From the NCBI GenBank assembly GCA_040220235.1, contig JAVJTO010000012.1: a DNA stretch of 57,912 bases. One strand, 5' to 3'. Below, piece after piece: positions 33,662 to 43,588 of the stretch. Position 1 is the first letter of the stretch. Each line of letters starts with the position of its first letter. Origin of the DNA: Coleofasciculus sp. B1-GNL1-01 (GTDB taxonomy: Bacteria > Cyanobacteriota > Cyanobacteriia > Cyanobacteriales > Coleofasciculaceae). The notes beneath the pieces are model-generated. The model was not told where the DNA came from. It saw only the letters and a program-made list of their open reading frames with translations, and made no database searches. The translations under genes were made by a program, and so were the position numbers.

Positions 33662-33835
33662 ATGAAATTACTCCGAATAGTTTTGGGAATCCTGCTCCCA
33701 CCTGCGGGTGTTTTTATGACCACAGGAATTAGTTCAGCCTTTTTAATTAACATTTTGTTAACTTTACTGGGTTGGCTTCCGGGTTCCATTCATGCGGTTT
33801 GGGTCATTGTCAAACATGAAGAAAGATACGCTTAA
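33662..33835 (+). CDS. YqaE/Pmp3-family proteolipid
   Basis: MKLLRIVLGILLPPAGVF...LINILLTLLGWLPGSIHAVWVI; below the ORF-track length cutoff. Confidence 0.92.
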   Translation: MKLLRIVLGILLPPAGVFMTTGISSAFLINILLTLLGWLPGSIHAVWVIVKHEERYA

Positions 33836-33890
33836 TACCGCCGCCTTGTCTTGTAGAGACGTGCCATGGCACGTCTCTTTTTTTTCTTTT

Positions 33891-34793
33891 TTAGTCTTGC
33901 TGCATTGGCACGAAAACCGTTAAACCTCCAGGAATACAGTCCACCTTAATGGGAGTTTCACCAATAATTTCTCCATCCAAGACAATTTTCTGGGCAGGTT
34001 TCGCGGTCACTTTAACGTAGCGAGTTCTGATATACTTAACATCCTCATGGTCTGCACTTTCCCCAAAAATCGCCGATTGTAGAAGTTCATAAGAGGCGGC
34101 AATTGCATTGGTTTGATTTTTGGGAGTGACGACGGTTAAATCAAGAAGTCCATCATCATAAACAATACCGGCTGGTCCTTGAGCTAAAATTGAGGTCGGC
34201 GGTGCGGCATTAGCTATCGTTACTGCCGTTGCTGTAATGGTAACGGTATTCTCGTCGGTTTCAATCGTTGCCTCAAAAGGTTCCAACTCACCGAGCTTTT
34301 GTAGTCCTGATACGACATAAGCGAGCATACCAAAATTATTTTTTAATTCTCGATCTGCCTCTTCAACAGTTTTCGCTTCAAAGCCAATTCCGGCTAGCAG
34401 TACCATAGGCTTATCATTACATCGACCCACATCAATTTTCTTTATTTTTCCGTCTAATATAGTTTGACACGCTGCTTTAATCGTGTCATGAATTCCCAAA
34501 GCTGAGGCAATAGCGTTAGCCGTTCCCCGGGGAATAATACCCAAAGGAATACCTGTTTCCACCAGTGCGCCAGCCGCCGCCGAGAGCGTCCCGTCTCCTC
34601 CAGAGGCAATGATAGTCTTCACACCTCGCTCAACGGCAGTTTTTGTCAGTTGAGCCGCATCCTTTTCTGGCGTGGTGCATTGAACATCGAGTTCAATTTC
34701 TGGCTCCAAAATATTAACAATTTTATTTAAATCTTCATCGGGGTCGCTTTGACCAGCAACAGGATTGAAAATTAGGCACGCTGAACGAGTCAT
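33891..34793 (-). CDS. YegS/Rv2252/BmrU-family lipid (DAG) kinase
   Basis: IFNPVAG, ASGGDGT, IPRGTANA and VLDGE motifs. Confidence 0.92.
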   Translation of the reverse strand: MTRSACLIFNPVAGQSDPDEDLNKIVNILEPEIELDVQCTTPEKDAAQLTKTAVERGVKTIIASGGDGTLSAAAGALVETGIPLGIIPRGTANAIASALGIHDTIKAACQTILDGKIKKIDVGRCNDKPMVLLAGIGFEAKTVEEADRELKNNFGMLAYVVSGLQKLGELEPFEATIETDENTVTITATAVTIANAAPPTSILAQGPAGIVYDDGLLDLTVVTPKNQTNAIAASYELLQSAIFGESADHEDVKYIRTRYVKVTAKPAQKIVLDGEIIGETPIKVDCIPGGLTVFVPMQQD

Positions 34794-35011
34794 GACTATT
34801 AATATACTGCCTCAATAGTTTTGAGTGGGCTAGGGCGAGGTGGAAAAATAATGCCGTTAGTTAAGGTTAAGTTTATACTATTGTAATAGCTAGCCTAAAC
34901 TATTGCTATCTATAATAATACCTATTTCTAAAGGTGTACGTCTTCAGCTAGAAGTATAAGTATACCGGAGTCGATATAATTTATGGTGTAGAAGTTAATA
35001 AATATATCACT

Positions 35012-35194
35012 ATGAGTACTGAAGATCGAATGAAAGCCACAGCCAAAAACATTGAAGGGAAAGCCCAAGAAGCCATAGGAGAAATTACGGGCGATCCTGA
35101 AGATAAGGCAGAAGGTCAAGCGAAACAAACCGAAGCTCAAGTACGACATTCGGTGGAGAATGTAAAAGAAAAAGTCAAGAAAAAAATTGACTAA
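35012..35194 (+). CDS. CsbD-family stress protein
   Basis: EGKAQEAIGEITGD....AEGQAKQ motif. Confidence 0.92.
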   Translation: MSTEDRMKATAKNIEGKAQEAIGEITGDPEDKAEGQAKQTEAQVRHSVENVKEKVKKKID

Positions 35195-35373
35195 TCTGTG
35201 TAATTTTTTATACCAAGTAGAGGCAATTCACTTAGTGAATTGCCTCTACGATTACTCAAGCCTCGATAGATAAAAAACAAATAAAATAGCTAGAGAGACG
35301 TTGGCACTACTGTCTCTCATTTCCCGTTCCCTGTTCCCTCCCCTCACCACAAGACTTCTTCAACAACCTCTAA

Positions 35374-36888
35374 TTACATCCGACGAATTTTCCTGCCAAT
35401 CATTTTGCCTACGCCACCTAGGGGCCAAGACAGCAACAGCAGTACGGGAATAATCTCCAAGCGTCCCATCCACATAAAAAGAATCAACGTCAACTTACCT
35501 AGCCACGGCAAATTAGGATGGGTAATACCTGTAGACAAACCGACACTTCCTAGGGCAGAGGCGGCTTCAAAGATAATGTCACTTAAATTATATTGAGGTG
35601 TGACGATATGGAGTAAAACTACAACACCGATCGCGATTGAACTTATCCAAAGTATTGCCAGAACAGCCGCCGACTCAATCCGACGATTCGCTTCATTTTC
35701 CTTAATGACTTTGCCATCTAATTTATAGCGCATCATCTGATGAGGTTTGAGGGTAATGCGTTGAAAGCGCCACAGAATCCCTTTGAACAACGATACGATC
35801 CGAGTCAGTTTTAACCCACCGACTGTAGAACCGGAAGCCCCACCGCAAATCATGCCAAAGGTTAATAAGAGTTTAGTTGTGGGACTCCACAATCGCAAGT
35901 TTGTCGTACTAAAACCACAAGTTCCGAAGGCTGAAGCCCACTGGAATATACTATCAATCCACCGAATTTGACCTCTAAACCAATAGTCTTCGAGAACCAG
36001 GCTCACGATACCCCCAGCTAGCAGTATCCACAGCGCCCGATGTTGAGTATCCTGCCATAATGCTGATAGCTTTCGCTGGCGAAGCAATTGATAGTGAATG
36101 GGAAAACTAATCGCCCCCGCGATCATAATCGGGATAACAGCTAACTGGATTTGGGGACTATAGGAACCAATACTATTATCAGTTATGGCAAACCCCCCCG
36201 TAGAAATCCCAGTCATGCCATGATTTAGCGCATCCCACCATGGCATTCCGACTAAGCGCAACCAGACGACACTCACCACCGTGTAGAGGAGATAAATCCA
36301 CCAAATTTGACGTACTGTTTCTGTAATCGTTAAACCAATTCGCTTCTGGCGTCCTTCAGCATAGTAAAGTTGATAAGCATCGGTACTGGGTTCTAAAACT
36401 GAAACCATCAACACAATCACACCCACACCACCAATCCATTCCATAAAGGAACGCCACCACTGGATGCTACGTGGCAAATCACTCGATCGCAGCGCCATGC
36501 TTAGTCCTGTACTCGTAAACCCCGAAAACGCTTCAAATAAAGCATTCCAGGGTTCCTGAAAATTCAGCATAGTCATGGAAGGAAGAGTAACATTGGCTAA
36601 ATGAGACGCAATTAAGACCAATGGAACCGCACCAAAAAAGGGAATTAGCCCCCAACTGAGGGCAACAGCCACCAACGCATGAGGTAGGCGTGAGGCTTGT
36701 GCATGGCGAAACAGACGATAAAGTCCTTGTCCTGCCGCTAATGACGCTAATGCTGTCCAAAAGAAGGGCAATATCGCATAATATTCACCCAACAAAATGG
36801 CGATAGGTATAGACACTAATGCCATGACTCCTGGGACATAAAGAAATAAACCTAGGTCACGTAGGATTGTTTTAATATGTCGATTCAC
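35374..36888 (-). CDS. trkH: TrkH-family potassium uptake membrane protein
   Basis: Four pore-loop motifs (FEAFSGFTSTG, ISTGGF, FGTCGF, LGSVGLSTG), plus GGASGSTVGGLK and MWMGRLE. Confidence 0.92.
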   Translation of the reverse strand: MNRHIKTILRDLGLFLYVPGVMALVSIPIAILLGEYYAILPFFWTALASLAAGQGLYRLFRHAQASRLPHALVAVALSWGLIPFFGAVPLVLIASHLANVTLPSMTMLNFQEPWNALFEAFSGFTSTGLSMALRSSDLPRSIQWWRSFMEWIGGVGVIVLMVSVLEPSTDAYQLYYAEGRQKRIGLTITETVRQIWWIYLLYTVVSVVWLRLVGMPWWDALNHGMTGISTGGFAITDNSIGSYSPQIQLAVIPIMIAGAISFPIHYQLLRQRKLSALWQDTQHRALWILLAGGIVSLVLEDYWFRGQIRWIDSIFQWASAFGTCGFSTTNLRLWSPTTKLLLTFGMICGGASGSTVGGLKLTRIVSLFKGILWRFQRITLKPHQMMRYKLDGKVIKENEANRRIESAAVLAILWISSIAIGVVVLLHIVTPQYNLSDIIFEAASALGSVGLSTGITHPNLPWLGKLTLILFMWMGRLEIIPVLLLLSWPLGGVGKMIGRKIRRM

Positions 36889-37135
36889 GATAACTAAAAA
36901 AAATGAGGTCTGAGTTTTGACACATGGCTTCGTATGAGGGAACCAGTTTTTGGATGTAGAGACATGCTTTTGAAGCGTCTGTAGGGGCTGGTTTCACTAT
37001 TATCGTTTAGGGCTGTACCTAAATGCAACTCAACCCGCCCAGACCGAGTTTTGACTTGCCGAGTGGGATTTAATTGTAATGGTTTAACCTATTCGGTCTG
37101 ACCAATCAGTAGGAAACTTCCCCAGGCTTTAACTT

Positions 37136-37546
37136 TTATTCATTGTCAGAATCTTCCATCATCCGATAGAGAGATTTAGCAACAATCATTTCTGGCTTGA
37201 TGAGAATCTGTACTCCCAAACGTTCAAAAAGAGACTGATGATTGGATTGATTGACCATGCTAATTAGCGTCTTAATTTCGTACTCTTTTCCCAGAAACAT
37301 CGCCATCAGATTAGCTGAATCATCACTCGTTGCGGCGATCAGGGCATCAGCCCGATCCGCGCTGGCTTCTTCCAGGAGATTACCCTTGGCAATATCCCCT
37401 TGAAATACATTAATATCATGGCTTTTGAGAACCTTTCTGGCTCGTTCTGCATCCTCTTCAATCAGGGCGACCTCATGACCATCTTTAAGGGCTAAGTCAA
37501 TTAAGCTAGCCCCCTCCGGTCCTGCGCCTAAGACAATCAAGTACAT
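37136..37546 (-). CDS. TrkA-N (RCK) regulatory subunit
   Basis: IVLGAG Rossmann start, GD.....L.EA, and AATSDDSANL; single domain, adjacent to trkH. Confidence 0.88.
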   Translation of the reverse strand: MYLIVLGAGPEGASLIDLALKDGHEVALIEEDAERARKVLKSHDINVFQGDIAKGNLLEEASADRADALIAATSDDSANLMAMFLGKEYEIKTLISMVNQSNHQSLFERLGVQILIKPEMIVAKSLYRMMEDSDNE

Positions 37547-37646
37547 GACAATTGTTATCTAAACAAGCAAGCAATAGCAGATAGCAAATTTTTTACCCGA
37601 AAATGTTTTGAGCGATCAGTTCCAAAATCCAAAATTAAGATAGAGT

Positions 37647-38462
37647 TTACGCCCGAATTCGCCGATATTCTGCCTGAACAAACATGTGAATTCCGTAGGC
37701 AATTAAACCAATCGCCACAATTCCCAGTAACCAAGGTCCATAAGGTTGTCGAGACAGTGTGTCTAACGCCCCATCCAGTCCTCTGACTTCACTCGAATCA
37801 TACTGACGACCTGCCTGAATTGCAAAGAAACCAATCATCACAAAGACTACACCCCGCGCCGCTAAACCCAGTCTGCCCGCACGAGTTGCCCATGTTTCCT
37901 CAGTATTACTCATCTCGTACAACTTCAGCTTTTTGCGGAATTTAGCTTTGTAAGCTTTATAAAATTGGTAAAAGCCATAACCAATAATAATTGCCCCAAT
38001 TATACCCACTAACCACTGACCAAAGGGTTGGGCAAGCAGGCGGGCTGTCCACGTTTGCTTTTTACTCCCATCGCTAGCACTCTGAGTCGCACTCACAATG
38101 ATTTGAATCGCACTGAAGGCTAAACTTGCATAAATCAAACCACTAATTCCGTAACCAATACGTCTGACAATATCATCAGCATCATTACTTTTGCCTGTAT
38201 GGTCGGGGTCTTGAATCGCTTGGACAAAACGCCAAACTACGTATCCAATCAGACCCAAGGCGACTACCGCTAACATGAACTGACCAAAGGGCTGGGCTGC
38301 AATTGTGCCTAAAGCGCCTTTGCTATCTGTGGTTTTCCCACCGTTGCCTAATGCAGCTTGTACCGCTAATAAGCCAATAGTTGCATACACAATTCCTTTG
38401 GCGGTATATCCAACTCTAGCCAGTTTGTCGATCCATGTACTTTCACTATGTACTTGAGACAT
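37647..38462 (-). CDS. DUF1206 membrane protein
   Basis: Three repeats with AR.GY..KG.VY, QPFGQ and GL.ARG motifs. Confidence 0.85.
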   Translation of the reverse strand: MSQVHSESTWIDKLARVGYTAKGIVYATIGLLAVQAALGNGGKTTDSKGALGTIAAQPFGQFMLAVVALGLIGYVVWRFVQAIQDPDHTGKSNDADDIVRRIGYGISGLIYASLAFSAIQIIVSATQSASDGSKKQTWTARLLAQPFGQWLVGIIGAIIIGYGFYQFYKAYKAKFRKKLKLYEMSNTEETWATRAGRLGLAARGVVFVMIGFFAIQAGRQYDSSEVRGLDGALDTLSRQPYGPWLLGIVAIGLIAYGIHMFVQAEYRRIRA

Positions 38463-38672
38463 AACAATACTTTGCCCTCAACTCTTCTCTTTGGGAATGT
38501 ACAAAGATTATCGATTTACAGACAAAATCATATCTATCGCCGGGATGAAATTTAACCCTCGGTTCTATCTACCAAAATGATGAGGGTGTGTGGTAAGTAT
38601 TCCCAACTCGATCCCTGACTTGTTAAAAAAGTCGAGGATCTGGAGTACCTCACTGATGCCTTTGATTCTCAA

Positions 38673-40436
38673 TTAACTATCTCTGCCAAACTTATTTGTA
38701 ATCCAGGCTGATTGGTAAGGTTGTAGCGTAAACGTATCATGGATATCGGGAATAATTTGCCCACTAATCAAGTCATACCACTCATCCGTGGCAATTAAAT
38801 TTAATTCCAATAACGGTAAGCTTTGGGGCTTATCGCTCAAATTATGGATCGAGAAAATACTTTGATTTCGCTTCATACTCTGTCGCCAAAACACTAATAG
38901 TGCCTGACTTGAGGGATGTAGTGTATACTGCGTCGCATTGGGATGAAATGCCTGCTGACGGCGACGAATTTGAATCAATCGAGACAGTTCCCGAAACACG
39001 ATCGCGTGGGGTGAGTTTGCCTGTTCTAACTCCCGCTCTAGTTCCTCGATATGCCAACGGTGGCGGTTGATTGAGCGCTTTCTTCCCGTCTGCTGCATCA
39101 GGGCGCGATCGCTACCCGTCCCTAGCAGACTGTGAATGTAAAAGGCAGGAATTCCTTCTAAGGACATCATAATCGTTTGTGAGCAGATAAAACGCTGAAT
39201 TTGCCATTGATCTTCCCCCTTTACGGTTCCTTTAAGGGCATCAAATAAAGCAATATTAATTTCATAAGGAGTTTCTGTCCCATCGGGTTGGCGGCGATAG
39301 CTAATTTCTCCGCCAAATTGAGTCATACATTGAAGTAACGTCTCATATTCATCATCCGACAACAATCCCTCTGCCGGACGCAAACCGATGCCATCATGAG
39401 ATGCGGTAAAATTTAAATAGGCACAGCCCATTGGTGCAGGTGGCATACTCATCATCCAGGTTTTTAGATGAGCAGATTTTCCCTGAAGTAAAGCATTAAG
39501 CAACAGTGGCGGTAAACTAAAATTGTAAATAATATGCGCTTCATTTCCGTTACCCAAATAACTCAAGTTTTCTCGGTTTGGTACATTGGTTTCCGTAATA
39601 ATTACCACCCCTGGATCAACGAGTTGTAACAGTTCTCGCAGTAGCCGGATCAAGGCGTGAGTTTCGGGTAAATGGATACAGGATGACCCGATGCGTTTCC
39701 ACAAATATCCCACGGCATCCAGTCGAATATAGTTAGCGCCAATAGTGACAACATAAAATAACAGAATTTTGACATACTCCACCAACAGATCCGGATTGGC
39801 AAAATTGACATCAATTTGGTCATCGCTAAACGTCGCCCATACATGCTTTTCGCCGTTTATGGTATCCACTTTGACCAATAAAGGGCTACTTCGGGGACGC
39901 ACTACTTGGGATAAATCAGTCGTTGGGTCAACGTCAAGAAAATAATTACATCCTGGTTTAAGTCCCTGTTTAAACTGTTCAAACCAGACATTTTTACTGG
40001 AAACATGATTGAGGACTAAATCCAGCATCAAATCAAAGGTTTGGGCAATGGTTTGAATATCTTCCCAGGAACCCAATTCTGGATTAACTTGCAGATAATC
40101 AATGATGGCAAATCCATCATCGGAACTGTAGGGACAAACGGGTAAGATATGAACGCCAGTTATTGTGTCCTGAAGATGGTGTTCGAGAAACTGTTTCAGT
40201 GTCACTAAGGGGTTTTGATCCCTCGGACGATAAATGCTGTCGCCATAGGTAGTCAGTAATATCTGCTGTTCATCCCACTTATCGGGATTTTCCTCTGCTG
40301 AATCGGAACAGTGGGGGCGCAGCAACTGCAATAAGCACTCCGCTAGTTGCTCGATATCCGCCTCTGGATAGATGACTTTCAGCAGGGGCTTGATACGTGA
40401 CTCAAAAGAGTTGATTAGTTGGCTTGACGGCAACAT
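38673..40436 (-). CDS. GH13_18 sugar phosphorylase, probably glucosylglycerate phosphorylase
   Basis: TYGDS, HILP..PYSSDDGF, DLVLNHVS, IRLDAVGY (nucleophile), TETNVP, ASHDGIG and PYEIN motifs. Confidence 0.88.
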   Translation of the reverse strand: MLPSSQLINSFESRIKPLLKVIYPEADIEQLAECLLQLLRPHCSDSAEENPDKWDEQQILLTTYGDSIYRPRDQNPLVTLKQFLEHHLQDTITGVHILPVCPYSSDDGFAIIDYLQVNPELGSWEDIQTIAQTFDLMLDLVLNHVSSKNVWFEQFKQGLKPGCNYFLDVDPTTDLSQVVRPRSSPLLVKVDTINGEKHVWATFSDDQIDVNFANPDLLVEYVKILLFYVVTIGANYIRLDAVGYLWKRIGSSCIHLPETHALIRLLRELLQLVDPGVVIITETNVPNRENLSYLGNGNEAHIIYNFSLPPLLLNALLQGKSAHLKTWMMSMPPAPMGCAYLNFTASHDGIGLRPAEGLLSDDEYETLLQCMTQFGGEISYRRQPDGTETPYEINIALFDALKGTVKGEDQWQIQRFICSQTIMMSLEGIPAFYIHSLLGTGSDRALMQQTGRKRSINRHRWHIEELERELEQANSPHAIVFRELSRLIQIRRRQQAFHPNATQYTLHPSSQALLVFWRQSMKRNQSIFSIHNLSDKPQSLPLLELNLIATDEWYDLISGQIIPDIHDTFTLQPYQSAWITNKFGRDS

Positions 40437-40497
40437 AATGTTCCAACACGGAGCATTGGGAAATAGTTTGTCAGGAGGATATCAGATAAACCAGGAA

Positions 40498-40553
40498 GGC
40501 ACTAAAGTGCCTACTACGTACCTTTATGGCACTAAAGTGCCTACTACGTACCT
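40498..40553. repeat. Tandem duplicate GGCACTAAAGTGCCTACTACGTACCT
   Basis: Two direct copies with an internal hairpin, between the divergent genes. Confidence 0.8.
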
Positions 40554-40653
40554 ACGAACCCTGTTCCCTGTTTCCAGTTTGTATAGATTATCACAGCATA
40601 ATTTTCAAATTAATTGAATAATCAAACGGTTGTGCAGAGGTGTCATCAGTCTG

Positions 40654-41982
40654 ATGGACTATAAGCAAGAATTAATCACAACGATTCATGACTTTGGCTG
40701 TAATCTGGATGCTCTTTTAACCCGATTGACCCGCTTAAGTGAAGAATCTCCCACGGCGGTTTTAATTCCAGCACTCTACGAGGAACTCAAACGACCCGCG
40801 TTAACTAAAATTCGCGATCATCTCGCTACTTGCGAGTTTGTCAAGACGGTTATCGTTTGTGTGAATGCGCCAACGGTGACTGATTATGCCAAAACCTTAC
40901 AATTTTTTCAAACCCTACCGCAAAAAACCCTAATTATTTGGGAAAATGGTCCACGAGTTACTCAGCTTTTAGCCGATGTGCGGGAGAGGGGGCTGGATTT
41001 ACTCAAGTATAAGGGTAAGGGGTTAGCGGTTTGGTTAGGCTTAGGCGTCGCGTCTCTGAGTGCTGATGCGATCGCACTCCATGATGCTGATATTATTACC
41101 TATGACTACTCCTATCCACTCAAACTGCTGTATCCCCTGCTGGATAAGGAATTCGGCATTGCCTTTAATAAAGCTTACTATACCCGTTTAGGCAATTATC
41201 CCCAGAGTTTTCATGGACGAGTGGTGCGTTTGTTTATTGCGCCATTACTCAATGTTTTAAAGGAGGTGTTCGGCGAAAAGGACTACTTACGCTACCTGAG
41301 TGCTTATCGTTACCCTCTAGCTGGTGAATTTGCCTTGACTAGCGATTTAGCCCTACACACCCGCATTCCGGCAAATTGGGGTTTAGAAATTGGCTTACTT
41401 GCCGAAGTCTATCGCAGTATGCCATCTAAACGCATTGCTCAAGTCGATTTAGGTATTTTTGACCACAAACATCAACCCTTGGGTGAAGATGTGAATTCGG
41501 GGTTGCAAAAAATGTGTCGCGATATTTTCCGTTCCATCCTGCGAACCTTAACCGAAACGGAACAAGTGGTGATTACGTGGGAGCATATCCATGCGCTGCG
41601 CGTCAAATTTCGCCGGGAAGCTCAAAGCTTCACCCGTAAGTATTTTATCGATGCTCGCTTTAACGATTTATTCTATGATCGCCACCAAGAAGAGATTGCG
41701 ATCGAATGTTTTGAACAGGTTATTTCGCACGCAGGTGAGCAGTATTTTAATGATCCAGTAGGCGCTCAAATTCCCGATTGGACGAGAGCCTTAGCGGTTA
41801 TGCCTGATCTGCGCGAACGACTCATCTCTTGTGTTCAAAAGGATGTTTCTCAAGTTACCGCCCAAGTTTTAGCGTCAACTTTGACACCTAAGCGGGTAAA
41901 TTCCTTGCATCGTGAATCGCCAGTATTGCCCGCAGAAACCATGGAATTGAAAAACGACGCCGGAATTCCTATTTCTCGATAA
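40654..41982 (+). CDS. gpgS: Glucosyl-3-phosphoglycerate synthase (GpgS-type glycosyltransferase)
   Basis: ITTIHD, GKGLAVW, HDADI, FNKAYY.R, GRVVRLF..PL, YPLAGEF, WGLEIG.LAEVYR and DHKHQ motifs; divergent from the GH13_18 gene. Confidence 0.8.
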   Translation: MDYKQELITTIHDFGCNLDALLTRLTRLSEESPTAVLIPALYEELKRPALTKIRDHLATCEFVKTVIVCVNAPTVTDYAKTLQFFQTLPQKTLIIWENGPRVTQLLADVRERGLDLLKYKGKGLAVWLGLGVASLSADAIALHDADIITYDYSYPLKLLYPLLDKEFGIAFNKAYYTRLGNYPQSFHGRVVRLFIAPLLNVLKEVFGEKDYLRYLSAYRYPLAGEFALTSDLALHTRIPANWGLEIGLLAEVYRSMPSKRIAQVDLGIFDHKHQPLGEDVNSGLQKMCRDIFRSILRTLTETEQVVITWEHIHALRVKFRREAQSFTRKYFIDARFNDLFYDRHQEEIAIECFEQVISHAGEQYFNDPVGAQIPDWTRALAVMPDLRERLISCVQKDVSQVTAQVLASTLTPKRVNSLHRESPVLPAETMELKNDAGIPISR

Positions 41983-42166
41983 GTACCGGACATAAATTAT
42001 GTACGCTGTCCTAAGAAATGTTAAGGAGGCTTAACTCCTTACTGTTCTTTCCTAATCTCAACCCTTAACTTGAGTTTGGTCCGACTACTTAATGTAGATC
42101 TTTAGATAGTTTCATCGGTTGAGTCGGTAGGTTTAGTTTGGGTAATAAGACTCAAATCATATACTC

Positions 42167-42427
42167 ATGATTCATAATGATGATCAGACTCAACCCCAGA
42201 CTCGATACACCTTAATCAAGATAGGAGCCGCCTTAAGTGCGATCGCGGCTATCCTAGCGATTTGGTGGGCATTCCGCACGCCATCCGAATCTCCGGTATC
42301 TCCATCCAATGTCTCACCCGCCTCACCCTCTCCACCCGCTTCGCCACTGACTCCAGAGTTGGTTCCCCCGCCTTCAGCGTCACCGGCGTTATCTGGAGAA
42401 CCAACAAATCCAGAAAATCAAAATTGA
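42167..42427 (+). CDS. Small Pro/Ser-rich single-TM protein
   Basis: One TM segment followed by a low-complexity PS tail. Confidence 0.5.
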   Translation: MIHNDDQTQPQTRYTLIKIGAALSAIAAILAIWWAFRTPSESPVSPSNVSPASPSPPASPLTPELVPPPSASPALSGEPTNPENQN

Positions 42428-42475
42428 TGCTTTTGTTCAGACTCAGATCCCCAACTTCTTCAAGACGCCAGGGAT

Positions 42476-42940
42476 CTAATTCTTCCCCTTTTTCTTCTGC
42501 TTTTTCTTCTGCTTCTCCTGAGTCTCTTCTTTCTGGTGTTGGACTTCGATGACGGTGTGTACATTTCCCCGTGGGGAAAAATCGCCTTTTATCGTTACCT
42601 TTAACGGATCACAAGCGTCTACAAAGTCATCCAAAATCTGATTAACGGATTCTTCGTGAGAAATATAGCGATCGCGGAAACTATTGATATACAGTTTAAT
42701 CGCTTTGAGTTCTACCACCCGCTCATTGGGAATGTAGCGGATATGGATGGTAGCAAAGTCGGGATAGCCAGAAAATGGGCATTTACAGGTAAACTCTGGC
42801 AATGTGATATCGATGTGGTAACGACGCCCAATCCGAGGGTTAGGGAACGTGATTAGCTGTCCTTCAGCAATGGCACGTTCACCATATTTCATCGTCGGTA
42901 CATCTGAGACAGCAGAGTTCTGAGTTGGGGGATAAGTCAT
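42476..42940 (-). CDS. queF: preQ0 reductase (preQ1 synthase)
   Basis: PEFTCKCPFSGYPDFA, VELKAIKLY, ISHE and PRGNV motifs. Confidence 0.96.
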   Translation of the reverse strand: MTYPPTQNSAVSDVPTMKYGERAIAEGQLITFPNPRIGRRYHIDITLPEFTCKCPFSGYPDFATIHIRYIPNERVVELKAIKLYINSFRDRYISHEESVNQILDDFVDACDPLKVTIKGDFSPRGNVHTVIEVQHQKEETQEKQKKKQKKKGKN

Positions 42941-43000
42941 AAGCCGCGAAGAGGATGATTTGTTATTGGGTCAGAGGTAGGGAACCTATCGCCGGAATCG

Positions 43001-43411
43001 CTAAAATGGGTTAAAGTCATCATCGATAGAAGGATTTGATTCCCAGTCTGGGCAATTGTCACCATCCCAACCATAGGGATGCATTCCACAGACTAATAAA
43101 TTTCCGCCATAGACTTGACCGTGGTAATGACGACAACCGATACAAGCCGGATGTCGTTCCGGCGTCGGATCTCCGGGATAGGTAAAGCCCATGTCCGAAT
43201 CCGTCGTCATATCTATCTCGTCATACTCTAAATAGATCTCAATAATGGGTTCAAAGATATCCTCTAAGCATTTATCTATTTCGGCACCAATGGTATTTTG
43301 CCATTCTTCAGCAAAGTCTTCGATGATGTCCGCGACTTCCACGACAACCTCATCGACGACATCTACCAATGATTCTAGGGATTCCAAAAAACTTTTAGAC
43401 CACTCATCCAT
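43001..43411 (-). CDS. Conserved cyanobacterial acidic protein with Cys/His motif
   Basis: ACIGCRHYHG...LVCGMHPYG....CPDW motif. Confidence 0.8.
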   Translation of the reverse strand: MDEWSKSFLESLESLVDVVDEVVVEVADIIEDFAEEWQNTIGAEIDKCLEDIFEPIIEIYLEYDEIDMTTDSDMGFTYPGDPTPERHPACIGCRHYHGQVYGGNLLVCGMHPYGWDGDNCPDWESNPSIDDDFNPF

Positions 43412-43588
43412 AGGGGAACGGATAGAAAAAACTCCGAGTTGGGCAAATGCTCCCTTAGCTAGAGGTCAAGGTCATGGCTAAGGGGGTGTTTGTTTAAGAT
43501 AGTACAACCATAGCTAATTGTGAGGGATTGAGTCGAATCCTTTGTGCTGACACCACCATCCAAACAAGTTAGATTAAGCTGTCGTGTA

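Noticed and set aside
40498..40553. Two palindromic direct repeats as a mini-CRISPR
   Set aside because: Only a few nt separate the copies; they fit a REP-like duplication.
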